Assembly (NCBI GenBank): GCA_016283195.1
Contig: JAEEML010000166.1
Location: 1 to 33,255, forward strand
DNA length: 33,255 bases
Reading direction: 5' to 3'
Origin: Deltaproteobacteria bacterium
Lineage (GTDB): Bacteria > JAEEML01
Made by a program: the position numbers and the translations under genes. Below the pieces are notes generated by a model that was not told the origin of the DNA, made no database searches, and saw only the letters and a program-made list of their open reading frames with translations. Numbering within the stretch: position 1 is the stretch's first letter; every line of letters starts with the position of its first letter. Below, piece by piece: positions 1-8,782 of the stretch.

Positions 1-103
1 GCCGAAAGCTACCACCAAAGCGCCATCACTCTTTTATCATCTCTGCCAACCTTCTTCGCCACCTCATCCTGCTCCTTACCTTTTCGCTGGTGAGTTTTTT
101 GGC

Positions 104-152
104 AGTTAAGGGGGTAAATTTTGGAATTTTGCTAAAAGTTACCCCCTTAACT
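104..152. repeat. 14-bp perfect inverted repeat with 21-bp spacer; probable orphan operator/promoter related to the element at 26362-26408
   Basis: AGTTAAGGGGGTAA (104-117) / TTACCCCCTTAACT (139-152); the spacer contains TTGCTAAAAG, also found in the 26362-26408 element. Confidence 0.75.
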
Positions 153-268
153 TGCAAATTCGGCCGCTAAATTTTCAAAAAATTTGCTAAGCCGGAGAAG
201 TTTTTAGGGAGAATTTGAAATGATATGGAGCCGCTCTCGTCTATCGGCTATAACAAAACACCAGGCGC

Positions 269-1111
269 TTAAACGAATGCATCAAGCACTTTGCCAATAT
301 CGGCATTGATACAAATAGAACGCCCCAAAAGCGCTTCAGGAACTGTCGCATCCCCTAAATTAATACTGATATAAATAGCATTCGCATTTTGCGCAGTCAT
401 GCGCCAGAACGGGTATTTGATAATTCCCGGTGTATTCGCTCCCACCCCAAGCTCAAGTAATACAATCCTTTTATGCTCCGGCACATGATGTTTTTCCAAA
501 AACTTTTCATACCGTGCAGCTGCCTCATACCAGCCTTCATCCTGCACAAAAGTCTCATCGGCGCGAAGATTCATGCACATCTGCCGACCACATACAGGGC
601 AATGTGGAATCAATTCAGTAGGAATTTTCATCTCCTTTTGTGCTTGATACATAGAGAGAATTTGTAATTCATTGTCATACGTTTTGGAATGACAAGGCAC
701 ACTGCATTGAAACAGACCATAATCCCCCTGAGTATAAAACAAGCGATGCTTGTCAAATCCGGCTTTTTGAAAACAGTGATCGACATTTGTTGTAATAACA
801 AAATATTCTTTTTCTCGTATCAATGATAATAGTTTTTGATAGACAGGTTTTGGTGGATCCATATAGCGATTTATCATAACATAGCGGCTCCAATAGGCCC
901 AATGTTCTTCAGCAGAATCAAATGGATAGAACCCACCTGAATACATATCGTTAAAACCATATTTAACTGCAAAATCGCTAAAGTACCGATCAAATCTTTG
1001 GCCGCTGTAGGTAAACCCAGCCGCCGTCGAAAGGCCTGCTCCTGCCCCCACAATGACAACATCTGTTTCTGATAGAATTGTCTTAATGCGTTCAATCTTG
1101 AGATTGTCCAT
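269..1111 (-). CDS. SirTM-type (class M) sirtuin / NAD-dependent ADP-ribosyltransferase
   Basis: GAGAGLS, ITTNVD, TQGDY (Gln at the position of the catalytic His, typical of SirTM), QCSVPC...CPVC zinc site, LELGVGANTPGIIK; ATG at 1111 lies just after the macrodomain gene stop (1117). Confidence 0.9.
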   Translation of the reverse strand: MDNLKIERIKTILSETDVVIVGAGAGLSTAAGFTYSGQRFDRYFSDFAVKYGFNDMYSGGFYPFDSAEEHWAYWSRYVMINRYMDPPKPVYQKLLSLIREKEYFVITTNVDHCFQKAGFDKHRLFYTQGDYGLFQCSVPCHSKTYDNELQILSMYQAQKEMKIPTELIPHCPVCGRQMCMNLRADETFVQDEGWYEAAARYEKFLEKHHVPEHKRIVLLELGVGANTPGIIKYPFWRMTAQNANAIYISINLGDATVPEALLGRSICINADIGKVLDAFV

Positions 1112-1116
1112 TACTT

Positions 1117-1911
1117 TTATTTTTCCTTGCACAAAATGGATTGATAGATAGTTTCATCTTTCTGGCTAAAAACATTGAATACAACATCCATCAGATAAGA
1201 GGTTCGGTGCTTCCAGTTCATTACAGTTTTAAAGGCAATACTGGCAGCTTCTGCGGCTGGAAAGCGAAATATTCCCGTGGATATACAGCAAAAGGCAATT
1301 GAATGTAAATCGTTCTCAGAGGCCAGATTCAAACAACTTGTATAACACGAGGAAAGTAAATTGCAGTCTTCTTCTGTCAATTCTCCGTTAATGATAGGCC
1401 CTACTGTATGTAATACAAATTTGCACGGCAAATTAAATGCTGGTGTCAATTTTGCACACCCTGTTGGTTCTTCATGTCCCTGTTCCTGCATCATTTTATG
1501 ACATACAGCCCGCAACTGAATTCCGGCAAAGGTATGAATACAATTATCTATACATGCGTGACATGGCTGCCAACACCCAGTCATTCCACTATTGGCCGCA
1601 TTTACAATGCTATCCACACCAAGCGACGTAATATCTCCTCGCCATAAATAGATATTACCATTGTCACATGATATCTTTGCGGACATATCCGACAGTTTGG
1701 TAATACCACGAGATCGATTGATTTCCTGCAAATACATATCCTGAATGGATAGAAATTCATCGCTTGCCGGCAGGGCAGGACGGATATTCATTAATGCTCT
1801 CAGAAGTTGCTTTTGAGACACTTCATCTTTAGGTATTTCTATTGCGGCATATTGTGAGTTTTCTGCCAGCAGGTATTCTATTAAATACTGACGACATTCT
1901 GTCTTGGTCAT
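1117..1911 (-). CDS. Zn-binding macrodomain protein-ADP-ribose hydrolase (SirTM partner)
   Basis: LWRGDIT, IVNAANS, GCWQPCHACIDNCIH (Zn-macro loop), HTVGP, FCCISTGIFRFP; N-terminal LLRALMNIRP helical extension. Confidence 0.92.
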   Translation of the reverse strand: MTKTECRQYLIEYLLAENSQYAAIEIPKDEVSQKQLLRALMNIRPALPASDEFLSIQDMYLQEINRSRGITKLSDMSAKISCDNGNIYLWRGDITSLGVDSIVNAANSGMTGCWQPCHACIDNCIHTFAGIQLRAVCHKMMQEQGHEEPTGCAKLTPAFNLPCKFVLHTVGPIINGELTEEDCNLLSSCYTSCLNLASENDLHSIAFCCISTGIFRFPAAEAASIAFKTVMNWKHRTSYLMDVVFNVFSQKDETIYQSILCKEK

Positions 1912-2363
1912 GTTGCATGACCTTTGTCATCTTCACAGATGATTGCCCGTGTCTCAGCCACCACATCTGCCAGTGTCATACTTCTAAGCTCGTTTTCCAA
2001 CGCCTGTTGAGCGGCGGCAAGCCGTCTGTCCATCACTTTGTGGATATTCCGTCCCACGGGACATTGCGCATTTGGATTCTCATGGAACCGGAACAAGCCA
2101 TTATCATCCAAGGAGTCTACAGCAACGTAAATATCATAGAGCGAGATTTCACCAAGCGGCCTTACAAGATGGGCTCCGCCACTTCCCTGGCGTGTTTCGA
2201 CGATGCCCGCCGTGCGCAATAGCCCCAGTACATTGCGGATGATCACCGCATTGACGCCGGTACTACCCGCCAAAAACTCACTAGTTACCCGCATCTTTTC
2301 GCTAAAAATTTCGATGCAGGTGAGGATATGTACTGCAACTGTAAACCTGCTTGTTATCTGCAC
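1908..2363 (-). CDS. Rrf2-family transcriptional regulator (YwnA/SifR/HypR-like)
   Basis: (M)QITSRFTVAVHIL, TSEFLAGS, GSGGAHL, ISLYDIY, FHENPNAQCPVG motif; GTG start at 2363 with AGGA upstream is preferred to the track start at 2429. Confidence 0.9.
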   Translation of the reverse strand: MQITSRFTVAVHILTCIEIFSEKMRVTSEFLAGSTGVNAVIIRNVLGLLRTAGIVETRQGSGGAHLVRPLGEISLYDIYVAVDSLDDNGLFRFHENPNAQCPVGRNIHKVMDRRLAAAQQALENELRSMTLADVVAETRAIICEDDKGHAT

Positions 2364-2373
2364 AATATCGATC

Positions 2374-3003
2374 CTATTTTCTGACAACGCTGATACGCTG
2401 GCCGATATAATCGCCTTTTTCAATCTCATCGATCATGGCAACTGCAAAATCAGCATAGCCAATAATACTTTCTCCTCTGGCGTTGAGTGTAAGCTCCTCG
2501 CCGCCAACAATATACTCACCTGTACGCGCTTCGTCAGCACGAAAATCAGCCGCCGGGCTGATGTACGTCCATTTTACATCGCCACGTGTACGCAACTCAC
2601 CTAATGCCTTCGCCATTGCAGCCGCTAGTGGCTTGTAGCTGTCGGGAAAATCCGGTCCATCCGATAGGCACATCGTATGCTCTGTGTTCACATACAAACT
2701 CCCTGCACCGCCAACGACAAGGAGCCGCGTTGCACTTCCCGACAGAATATCACACAAATGCTTCAGTGACGAGCTATGCTGCGGTAACATCTCCGGCGTC
2801 CAGGCCCCAAATGCATCGACCACCGCGTCAAATCCGCGTAAATCCTCGGCAGTCAATGCAAACAAGTCTTTCACAAGCACCTTCTTTGCCTCGCTAGCGT
2901 TCTCATTTCTCACCACCGCTGTTACATCCCAACCTCTTGAGACCGCTTCTTTTACAATAAGTTGTCCGGCCTTGCCATTCGCACAAATCACTGCAATCTT
3001 CAT
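2374..3003 (-). CDS. NAD(P)H-binding Rossmann oxidoreductase (YwnB-like)
   Basis: MKIAVICANGKAG, RLLVVGGAGSL, WTYISPAADF, IGYADFAVAMIDE; GAGGAG RBS. Confidence 0.9.
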   Translation of the reverse strand: MKIAVICANGKAGQLIVKEAVSRGWDVTAVVRNENASEAKKVLVKDLFALTAEDLRGFDAVVDAFGAWTPEMLPQHSSSLKHLCDILSGSATRLLVVGGAGSLYVNTEHTMCLSDGPDFPDSYKPLAAAMAKALGELRTRGDVKWTYISPAADFRADEARTGEYIVGGEELTLNARGESIIGYADFAVAMIDEIEKGDYIGQRISVVRK

Positions 3004-3044
3004 AATAACTCTCCTCTTGCTGGCGCGCTGCCAACCAATTGTTT

Positions 3045-3071
3045 AAGTTGTAACTACCATAGTTACAACTT
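3045..3071. promoter_or_regulatory. Rrf2 operator (perfect 12-3-12 palindrome)
   Basis: AAGTTGTAACTA-CCA-TAGTTACAACTT about 40 bp upstream of the operon; TGTAAC...GTTACA core resembles HypR/SifR-type operators; minus-strand TTGACA at 3108-3103. Confidence 0.85.
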
Positions 3072-3371
3072 TTGATATAGCAATAACGCAGTGCAGAATA
3101 GTTGTCAACAACTTTATTACATGTTTTTTTCAAGGCCAGGCTATTGGTCAGCGCTCAATATACCTCGCGATTATTAGCAAATGCTCTTCTCCCTCGGCGT
3201 TTTCCCGTAATAAACCAGATATGCCTTATAAAACAAGAACACGATGATGAATTTTGCTGGCAAGCAAAAGATAGACAAAGCCATCTTCGGCTAATATAGT
3301 GGTTTTTGCTGGCGCCCAAAGCCAGCATTTATTGGGCCTTTTTTACGAGATGTGCTAAAGCTGGCCAGTGT

Positions 3372-3394
3372 GCCAGTCATATTATATAACTGGC
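3372..3394. promoter_or_regulatory. imperfect palindrome upstream of the CDF transporter, candidate metalloregulator operator
   Basis: GCCAGTCATAT-T-ATATAACTGGC (11-bp arms, 1 mismatch), followed by TATAAT at 3398-3403. Confidence 0.45.
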
Positions 3395-3416
3395 TAATAT
3401 AATTCGGAGAATACAG

Positions 3417-4538
3417 ATGCCAAACGCAGACAATATCAATAGAAGCCGGCAAATCGTTAAAGTAAGCACCATCGGTATCATAACTAATGCCCTGCTTGCC
3501 GCCTTTAAGGCCACTATCGGTATTTTGTCAAATTCCATTGCCATCGTGCTAGATGCCGTCAACAATTTGAGCGACGCGCTATCTTCTGTCATAACCATCG
3601 TCGGCACCAAGCTGGCCGGTAAAGCGCCAAACCGCGAGCATCCTTACGGCTATGGCCGCGTAGAATATCTCACCACTGTTGTCATTGCCGTAATGGTATT
3701 AACTGCCGGTGCCACTTCGCTCAAAGAATCAATAGCCCAAATTATCCAGCCCGAAACACCTGATTACAGCCCGCTTTCGCTCATCATCGTCGGCGTGGCG
3801 GTGGTGGTTAAAATTCTACTGGGCACCTATTTCAAAAAGCGCGGAAAAACGCTGGATTCCGCTGCTTTGGTGGCTTCCGGCCAGGATGCCCTGATGGATT
3901 CCATTATTTCCATCTCAACCCTGGTCGCTGCCCTGGTCTTTGTCTTCTTTGGCCTGAGCCTCGAAGCCTGGCTGGGAGTGATTATCTCTATTTTTATTCT
4001 TCGGGCCGGCTATGAAATTATTAAGGATGCAACAGCTAAATTACTGGGCGAACGCGCCGATGGGGAGCTTACCAAAGCTATAAAATCCACAATTAAAGAA
4101 ATTGATGGTGTGCTTGGCGCCTACGATCTCATCTTGAATGACTATGGCCCGCAAAGGCTCTGGGGCAGCATTCATATTGAAGTCGCCGATAATATGCCTG
4201 CTACGCAAATTGATGCCCTCTCCCGGCAAATACAGGAACTGGCTTACAAAAAACATCAGGTTATCCTGCATACTGTTGGCATATATTCACAAAATACCGA
4301 CAAAACTTCGGTAAGTCTTAAGAATGAAATTTATCAGTTTATAAAAAAGCACCAAGAGGTTCTGGAAATACACGGTTTTTATATTAAACCTGATGCCAAT
4401 GATATTACACTTGATATCATTATCGGCTTCGGTAGTAAAAATCGCCAGGAACTTCTTAATACCATCAGCTCGGAACTAATGGCCAAATACCCAGATTACC
4501 ATTTTAACATCACCTTGGATTCGGATATCAGTGACTAA
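3417..4538 (+). CDS. cation diffusion facilitator (FieF-like) transporter
   Basis: Multiple TM segments, DAVNNLSD, HPYGYGRVEYL, DALMD, C-terminal dimerisation domain (NDYGP...SIHIEV). Confidence 0.92.
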   Translation: MPNADNINRSRQIVKVSTIGIITNALLAAFKATIGILSNSIAIVLDAVNNLSDALSSVITIVGTKLAGKAPNREHPYGYGRVEYLTTVVIAVMVLTAGATSLKESIAQIIQPETPDYSPLSLIIVGVAVVVKILLGTYFKKRGKTLDSAALVASGQDALMDSIISISTLVAALVFVFFGLSLEAWLGVIISIFILRAGYEIIKDATAKLLGERADGELTKAIKSTIKEIDGVLGAYDLILNDYGPQRLWGSIHIEVADNMPATQIDALSRQIQELAYKKHQVILHTVGIYSQNTDKTSVSLKNEIYQFIKKHQEVLEIHGFYIKPDANDITLDIIIGFGSKNRQELLNTISSELMAKYPDYHFNITLDSDISD

Positions 4539-4636
4539 TAGCTGAGCTAGTTTGGCTAGCTGGCCGGCAGGGCCAAGAAGGCTAATGCGCCGAAAAAGTA
4601 TGGAGCTAAAAAAGCACCGAATGGAGGAGAACAAAA

Positions 4637-5272
4637 ATGAGTAAAAACATTATTGCCATTAACGCCGGCCCCAGGAAAGGCTGGAACACCGACACTCTAA
4701 TTACCGAAGCTTCCAAAGGCGCAGAATCCGCCGGGGCCACTATAAGGCGCTTTGACCTCTTTAAGCTGGAAAAATATACCGGCTGCGTCTCCTGCTTTGG
4801 CTGCAAAAAAGAAAAATTCAAAGGCCAGTGCATCTGCCGCGACGGCCTAAAGCCGGTTTTGGATGCCATCCGCGAATCTGACGGCCTCATCATCGGCTCG
4901 CCCAATTATCTCAGCGAAATGACGGCCTCTTTTCGCGCTCTTTACGAAAGGCTCATTTTCCAAAATTTAACTTATAATAAAGAGACTCCCTGCTGTAATG
5001 CCCGCCCCATTCCCGTTTTGCTCATTATGACCAGCAATGCTCCAGACACTATGTACCGGCAATTATTACAAAATTATCAGCAAACATTAAGCCACTTTGT
5101 GGGCCCGGCGGAGGTATTTGTCAGCGGCAATACCTTGCAGCTTAAAGATTACAGCAAGACCGATTGGCCGTGGTCCATGTTTGACGCAGAAGACAAAAAA
5201 AGGCGCCACGAAACAGTATTTCCGGAAGAATGCCGAGCGGTTTTTGAAAAAGGGGCAAATCTTGTAAGATAA
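4637..5272 (+). CDS. flavodoxin-fold iron-sulfur flavoprotein / NADPH-dependent FMN reductase family
   Basis: INAGPRKGWNT, GCVSCFGC...C cluster motif, IGSPNY; GGAGGAG RBS. Confidence 0.85.
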   Translation: MSKNIIAINAGPRKGWNTDTLITEASKGAESAGATIRRFDLFKLEKYTGCVSCFGCKKEKFKGQCICRDGLKPVLDAIRESDGLIIGSPNYLSEMTASFRALYERLIFQNLTYNKETPCCNARPIPVLLIMTSNAPDTMYRQLLQNYQQTLSHFVGPAEVFVSGNTLQLKDYSKTDWPWSMFDAEDKKRRHETVFPEECRAVFEKGANLVR

Positions 5273-5379
5273 TGTAAATATTTGCTTTTTGCTGATTACC
5301 GATTGGTGATATGCGCAATTTGCGGCTATTTGCTCGTTAAACAGCTGCCGCTTACCGGCAGCCGGGCCAGGGCACCTGA

Positions 5380-5919
5380 CTATTCCACATTTTTAATAAA
5401 ACGCGCCGGATTCCCCGCTACAATCGTATTCGCCGCCACATCTTTGGTGACAACGGAACCGGCGCCAACCACGGCATTTTCGCCAACAGTCACTCCCGGC
5501 AAAATCGTCGCCCCGGCACCAATCCAGGCCTTTTTGCCAATATGCACCGGCTTGCAGGTTAATATAGCGCGCTCATGTAAATCGTGATTATTGGAAATGA
5601 GCTGCACATTGGCGGCAATCATAGCCCCATCTTCAATGGTGATGCCGCCGCGTGCCATCATCAGGCAATTATTCATGATTACAACATTATTGCCAATGTT
5701 AACCATATCGGCGCAAACACAGGTTAGTGGTGCATTCAGCATAACATTATTGCCAATATGACCTTTAAACAGTTCCTGCACCAGCTCATTATATTTATCA
5801 GTAAAAGGCATGGTGTGGTTGAGCTCAAATACCAACTGGGCCTGGCGCTTGCCCTTTGCAAATTCTTCTGGCGTCGTTTGGCGAGTATCTACGCGAAATT
5901 CCTTAAAATTGTCTGACAT
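5380..5919 (-). CDS. sugar O-acetyltransferase (hexapeptide repeat, Maa/LacA-like)
   Basis: Hexapeptide repeats, AWIGAGATILPGVTVGENAVVGAGSVVTKDV, VAGNPAR. Confidence 0.9.
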   Translation of the reverse strand: MSDNFKEFRVDTRQTTPEEFAKGKRQAQLVFELNHTMPFTDKYNELVQELFKGHIGNNVMLNAPLTCVCADMVNIGNNVVIMNNCLMMARGGITIEDGAMIAANVQLISNNHDLHERAILTCKPVHIGKKAWIGAGATILPGVTVGENAVVGAGSVVTKDVAANTIVAGNPARFIKNVE

Positions 5920-5924
5920 GGCTA

Positions 5925-6653
5925 TTATCCTTTTTGTTTTATTAATTCGGCCGCTTTCTTGGCTACTTCATCCGGCCTGTTTTGGGCTGTCGATCCGCTG
6001 ATGGCCAGGCCCTCGGTCACGGTGGCTTTAGGCAAAACTTGGCGCAGTTTTTGCGGTGTGCCCGAAAGGCCACTGCCCTCGTGGGTGACAAAGGGTATTA
6101 CAGTTTTACCGGCAAAATCCTGGCTTTCAATAAAGGTATAGACGATCATGGGCAAATCGCCCCACCAATTGGGATAACCGAGATAAACCGTACTATACTG
6201 CTCAAAATGCTCAACCGCCACAGCTATCTGCGGACGGGCATTAGCTTCCTTCTCCTGCCTGGCTACTTCGATGCATTCTTTATAATTTGCCGGATAAGCT
6301 TTAACTGGTTTTATTTCAAACAAATCGGCGCCGCTCTGTTTAGCAATCTCCATAGCCACTTTGGCGGTGTTGCCCACTTTTATATTGCCGACGCTGTAAT
6401 TTTCGCCGGTTCTGGAATAATAGACGACGATGGCTTTACCTGTCTGATTTGCAGTTGTGTTCATCTTTATACTCCTCTTTTCGTTATTTGCCCCGGCATT
6501 GTTTAGGGCTTCTTTATCTGTTGTTTGTTCTGCAGCTGACTGGGCCGCCCCAGCGACTTTTGGCGGCGTCTCGGCTTTGGCCGGTGGCGGCGAGCTGCAA
6601 GCGGCAAGGCCAAATATCAGGCCGGATAATAGGATAGTCAGTAGTTTAGGCAT
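5925..6653 (-). CDS. flavodoxin with lipoprotein signal and Ala/Pro-rich linker; second in-frame start at 6464
   Basis: AAAGGAGT RBS + MPKLLTILLSGLIFGLAAC (lipobox); YYSRTGE, GNTAKVA, GYPNWWG, PFVTHEGSG; internal GAGGAG-7nt-ATG at 6464. Confidence 0.85.
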   Translation of the reverse strand: MPKLLTILLSGLIFGLAACSSPPPAKAETPPKVAGAAQSAAEQTTDKEALNNAGANNEKRSIKMNTTANQTGKAIVVYYSRTGENYSVGNIKVGNTAKVAMEIAKQSGADLFEIKPVKAYPANYKECIEVARQEKEANARPQIAVAVEHFEQYSTVYLGYPNWWGDLPMIVYTFIESQDFAGKTVIPFVTHEGSGLSGTPQKLRQVLPKATVTEGLAISGSTAQNRPDEVAKKAAELIKQKG

Positions 6654-6708
6654 TATAAATACTCCTTTGCTAAGAGAAGCCGCCCCTCTATGCGCGGCGC
6701 ATAAATGA

Positions 6709-6774
6709 AGTAGCAAACAAAATCGGGAAAGTACAATGCTATTATCTCATTCACTATGCATAGGGATCATAGTG
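6709..6774 (-). promoter_or_regulatory. promoter/LysR-box block, copy 1 (upstream of flavodoxin)
   Basis: 66 bp, 63/66 identical to 8717-8782; includes CACTATG-N9-CATAGTG dyad with T-N11-A core. Confidence 0.8.
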
Positions 6775-6784
6775 GCAGCCAAGC

Positions 6785-7642
6785 TCACCACGTCCGGCTG
6801 GCCTTGGCAATCCAATTCAAAACATCTGATAATAGCTGCTTATTTTTCTTTAAATAAGCAATCTTATAATGCGCGGTGGCTTCTTCATCAACAATGGGCA
6901 CACTGACGCAGCCTGCCATATCGGCGCGCAGCGTATTGGCTAGCGCAGTGGTAAAAGTGAGCGGTTTTTGCGACATCACCACATTTGTATAAACCATGAT
7001 ATCATCATATTCTATATACTTAGCATCTTTAATACAATCACGGTGCAATTGATGCCAAAAGCCGGTATGAATATATTCGCGAATTTCTTTCCCCCTAAGG
7101 TCAGAAAAATGAATGGCTTTTTTGTGGCTTAGCGGATCCGCTAAAGGTATTTGCATATATAGCTGCTCGTCAATAAACGGCATTGAATCAATGGTTTCGC
7201 TTTTAATCTCCCGGCGGGTAATGGCCAGATTGGCTTTTTCGCTCAAAAGCAGCGGCACAATTTCATCCTCGTCAGGCATAGCGGAGGTAATGTGAATATC
7301 AGGAAATTTATTGGATAATTCAGCAGTTAGCTTCCATAATGGTGCTGGAGCGCAGGTTACAATAAATAGGCTCTGATGACTTTTTTTAAAGGCTTCAAGC
7401 CGCAAAACCAGCGCCTCGGCATCTTTAAGCACATGGTGGGCCTGTTTAACCACCAGCTTGCCCGCCTCATTTAGCTTCATGCTGTTTTTGGTGCGGGTAA
7501 ACAGCTGTACGCCAAGCTCATCTTCCAGCCGCTGAATCGAACGCGTAAGGGCACTTTGCGAGATATGGAGCTTTTCGGCAGCTCGCGAAAGCACGGCTTC
7601 GTCGGCAATAACCACAAGTTGCTTTAACTGATTGAGCTCCAT
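6785..7642 (-). CDS. LysR-family transcriptional regulator
   Basis: LSRAAEKLHISQSALTRSIQRLEDELGVQLFTR HTH; 285 aa; AAAGGAG RBS. Confidence 0.95.
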   Translation of the reverse strand: MELNQLKQLVVIADEAVLSRAAEKLHISQSALTRSIQRLEDELGVQLFTRTKNSMKLNEAGKLVVKQAHHVLKDAEALVLRLEAFKKSHQSLFIVTCAPAPLWKLTAELSNKFPDIHITSAMPDEDEIVPLLLSEKANLAITRREIKSETIDSMPFIDEQLYMQIPLADPLSHKKAIHFSDLRGKEIREYIHTGFWHQLHRDCIKDAKYIEYDDIMVYTNVVMSQKPLTFTTALANTLRADMAGCVSVPIVDEEATAHYKIAYLKKNKQLLSDVLNWIAKASRTW

Positions 7643-7750
7643 GCTATCTCCTTTAGCACCATCAGCCGCTACCTATTTATCAGTAGTTTGTTGCTATCTG
7701 CAAGAAGGCAAAAGGAGAACAAGAGGCGGAAACAGAAAGAGAACGGAATA

Positions 7751-7779
7751 AAAACTCCTGCTATTTGGAGCCCGCAGGA
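7751..7779 (-). terminator. possible weak intrinsic terminator after the aldo/keto reductase
   Basis: Minus strand TCCTGC...GCAGGA stem followed by GTTTTT; short stem, long loop. Confidence 0.3.
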
Positions 7780-7818
7780 AAAATAGAGCAGTTAAGCATA
7801 AAGAGCTCGGCCACTTTC

Positions 7819-8658
7819 TTATCTTTCATACTGCGGCTGCCAGGCAGCAAACTGTTTAAGCTGCTCTTCGGTGCGGTTATAATATCGCCTTTCGCAATCA
7901 AGTTTGGCAATTTCGGCCATTTCTTCATCGGTTAGCTTAAAATCCAATATATTTAAATTCTCACGAATATGATCGGTATTCTTGCTGCCCGGGATCACGA
8001 CAAAGCCCATCTGCGTATGCCAGCGCAAAATCACCTGCGCCGCGCTCTTGCCATATTTTTTGCCCAAGTCCACAAAAACCTGCTCACTAATCAATGACTT
8101 ATCACCATGGCCCAGCGGATACCAGGACATCAGCTTAATGCCATATTTATCTAGGGTTTTTCTAAGCTCGCGCTGGGTAAAATATGGATGCGCCTCCACT
8201 TGAATAAATTGCGGAGCAATTTCCCACTCTTTTTCCAGAGCCGCAATATATTGGCCTTCAAAATTGGAAATGCCGATAGCTTTGGCTAAGCCCGCGCGGT
8301 AAGCTTTTTCCAGCTGCCGATAACCGGCCAGCCAATTACCGGCCGGCTGATGGATATAGAGCAGGTCCACATAATCCACGCCCAAGCGCTCCAGCGTCTC
8401 GCTAACCGCCTGATCATTTTCATATTCCGATGGCCAGAGCTTGGTTGAAAGGTAAATATCTTGGCGCTTTACCCCACTCGCCTTTATTCCGCGCCCGCAG
8501 GCTCTTTCGTTGACATAGGCATTGGCGGTATCAATGAGCGAATAGCCCATTTTTAGAGCTTCGCGCACACTGTTTTCGGCATCTGCCGGGGAAAGCATAT
8601 ATGTGCCAAGGCCAATCAGGGGGCATTTTTCTTGATTATTTAGGGTTATCTTTTCCAT
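7819..8658 (-). CDS. aldo/keto reductase (2,5-DKG reductase-like)
   Basis: IGLGTY, IDTANAYVNE, STKLW, DYVDLLYIHQP, IGISNF, QVILRW, VIPGS. Confidence 0.95.
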   Translation of the reverse strand: MEKITLNNQEKCPLIGLGTYMLSPADAENSVREALKMGYSLIDTANAYVNERACGRGIKASGVKRQDIYLSTKLWPSEYENDQAVSETLERLGVDYVDLLYIHQPAGNWLAGYRQLEKAYRAGLAKAIGISNFEGQYIAALEKEWEIAPQFIQVEAHPYFTQRELRKTLDKYGIKLMSWYPLGHGDKSLISEQVFVDLGKKYGKSAAQVILRWHTQMGFVVIPGSKNTDHIRENLNILDFKLTDEEMAEIAKLDCERRYYNRTEEQLKQFAAWQPQYER

Positions 8659-8716
8659 TTGCCTGCTCCTTTGGTTAAGATGATAGGCTGCCTCTTTACG
8701 CGAGGCGCATCATTGG

Positions 8717-8782
8717 AGTAGCAAACAAAATCGGGAAAGTACAATGCTATTATTTCATTCACTATGCATGGGGAGCATAGTG
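8717..8782 (-). promoter_or_regulatory. promoter/LysR-box block, copy 2 (upstream of aldo/keto reductase)
   Basis: Near-identical to 6709-6774; dyad CACTATG (8760-8766) / CATAGTG (8776-8782). Confidence 0.8.

Noticed and set aside
1-90. Start of a minus-strand gene after AAGGAG at the window edge
   Set aside because: Candidate ATG/GTG frames stop within about 20 codons.
104-152. Integron attC interpretation of the GTTAA...TTAAC palindromes (also 26362-26408)
   Set aside because: attC sites start with RYYYAAC and end with GTTRRRY; here the order is reversed, and no integron integrase is present.
269-1911. Thoeris (SIR2/Macro) anti-phage system
   Set aside because: The sirtuin is SirTM-type and the macrodomain is the Zn-loop hydrolase type; no TIR, SLOG or TM-macro partner is present.
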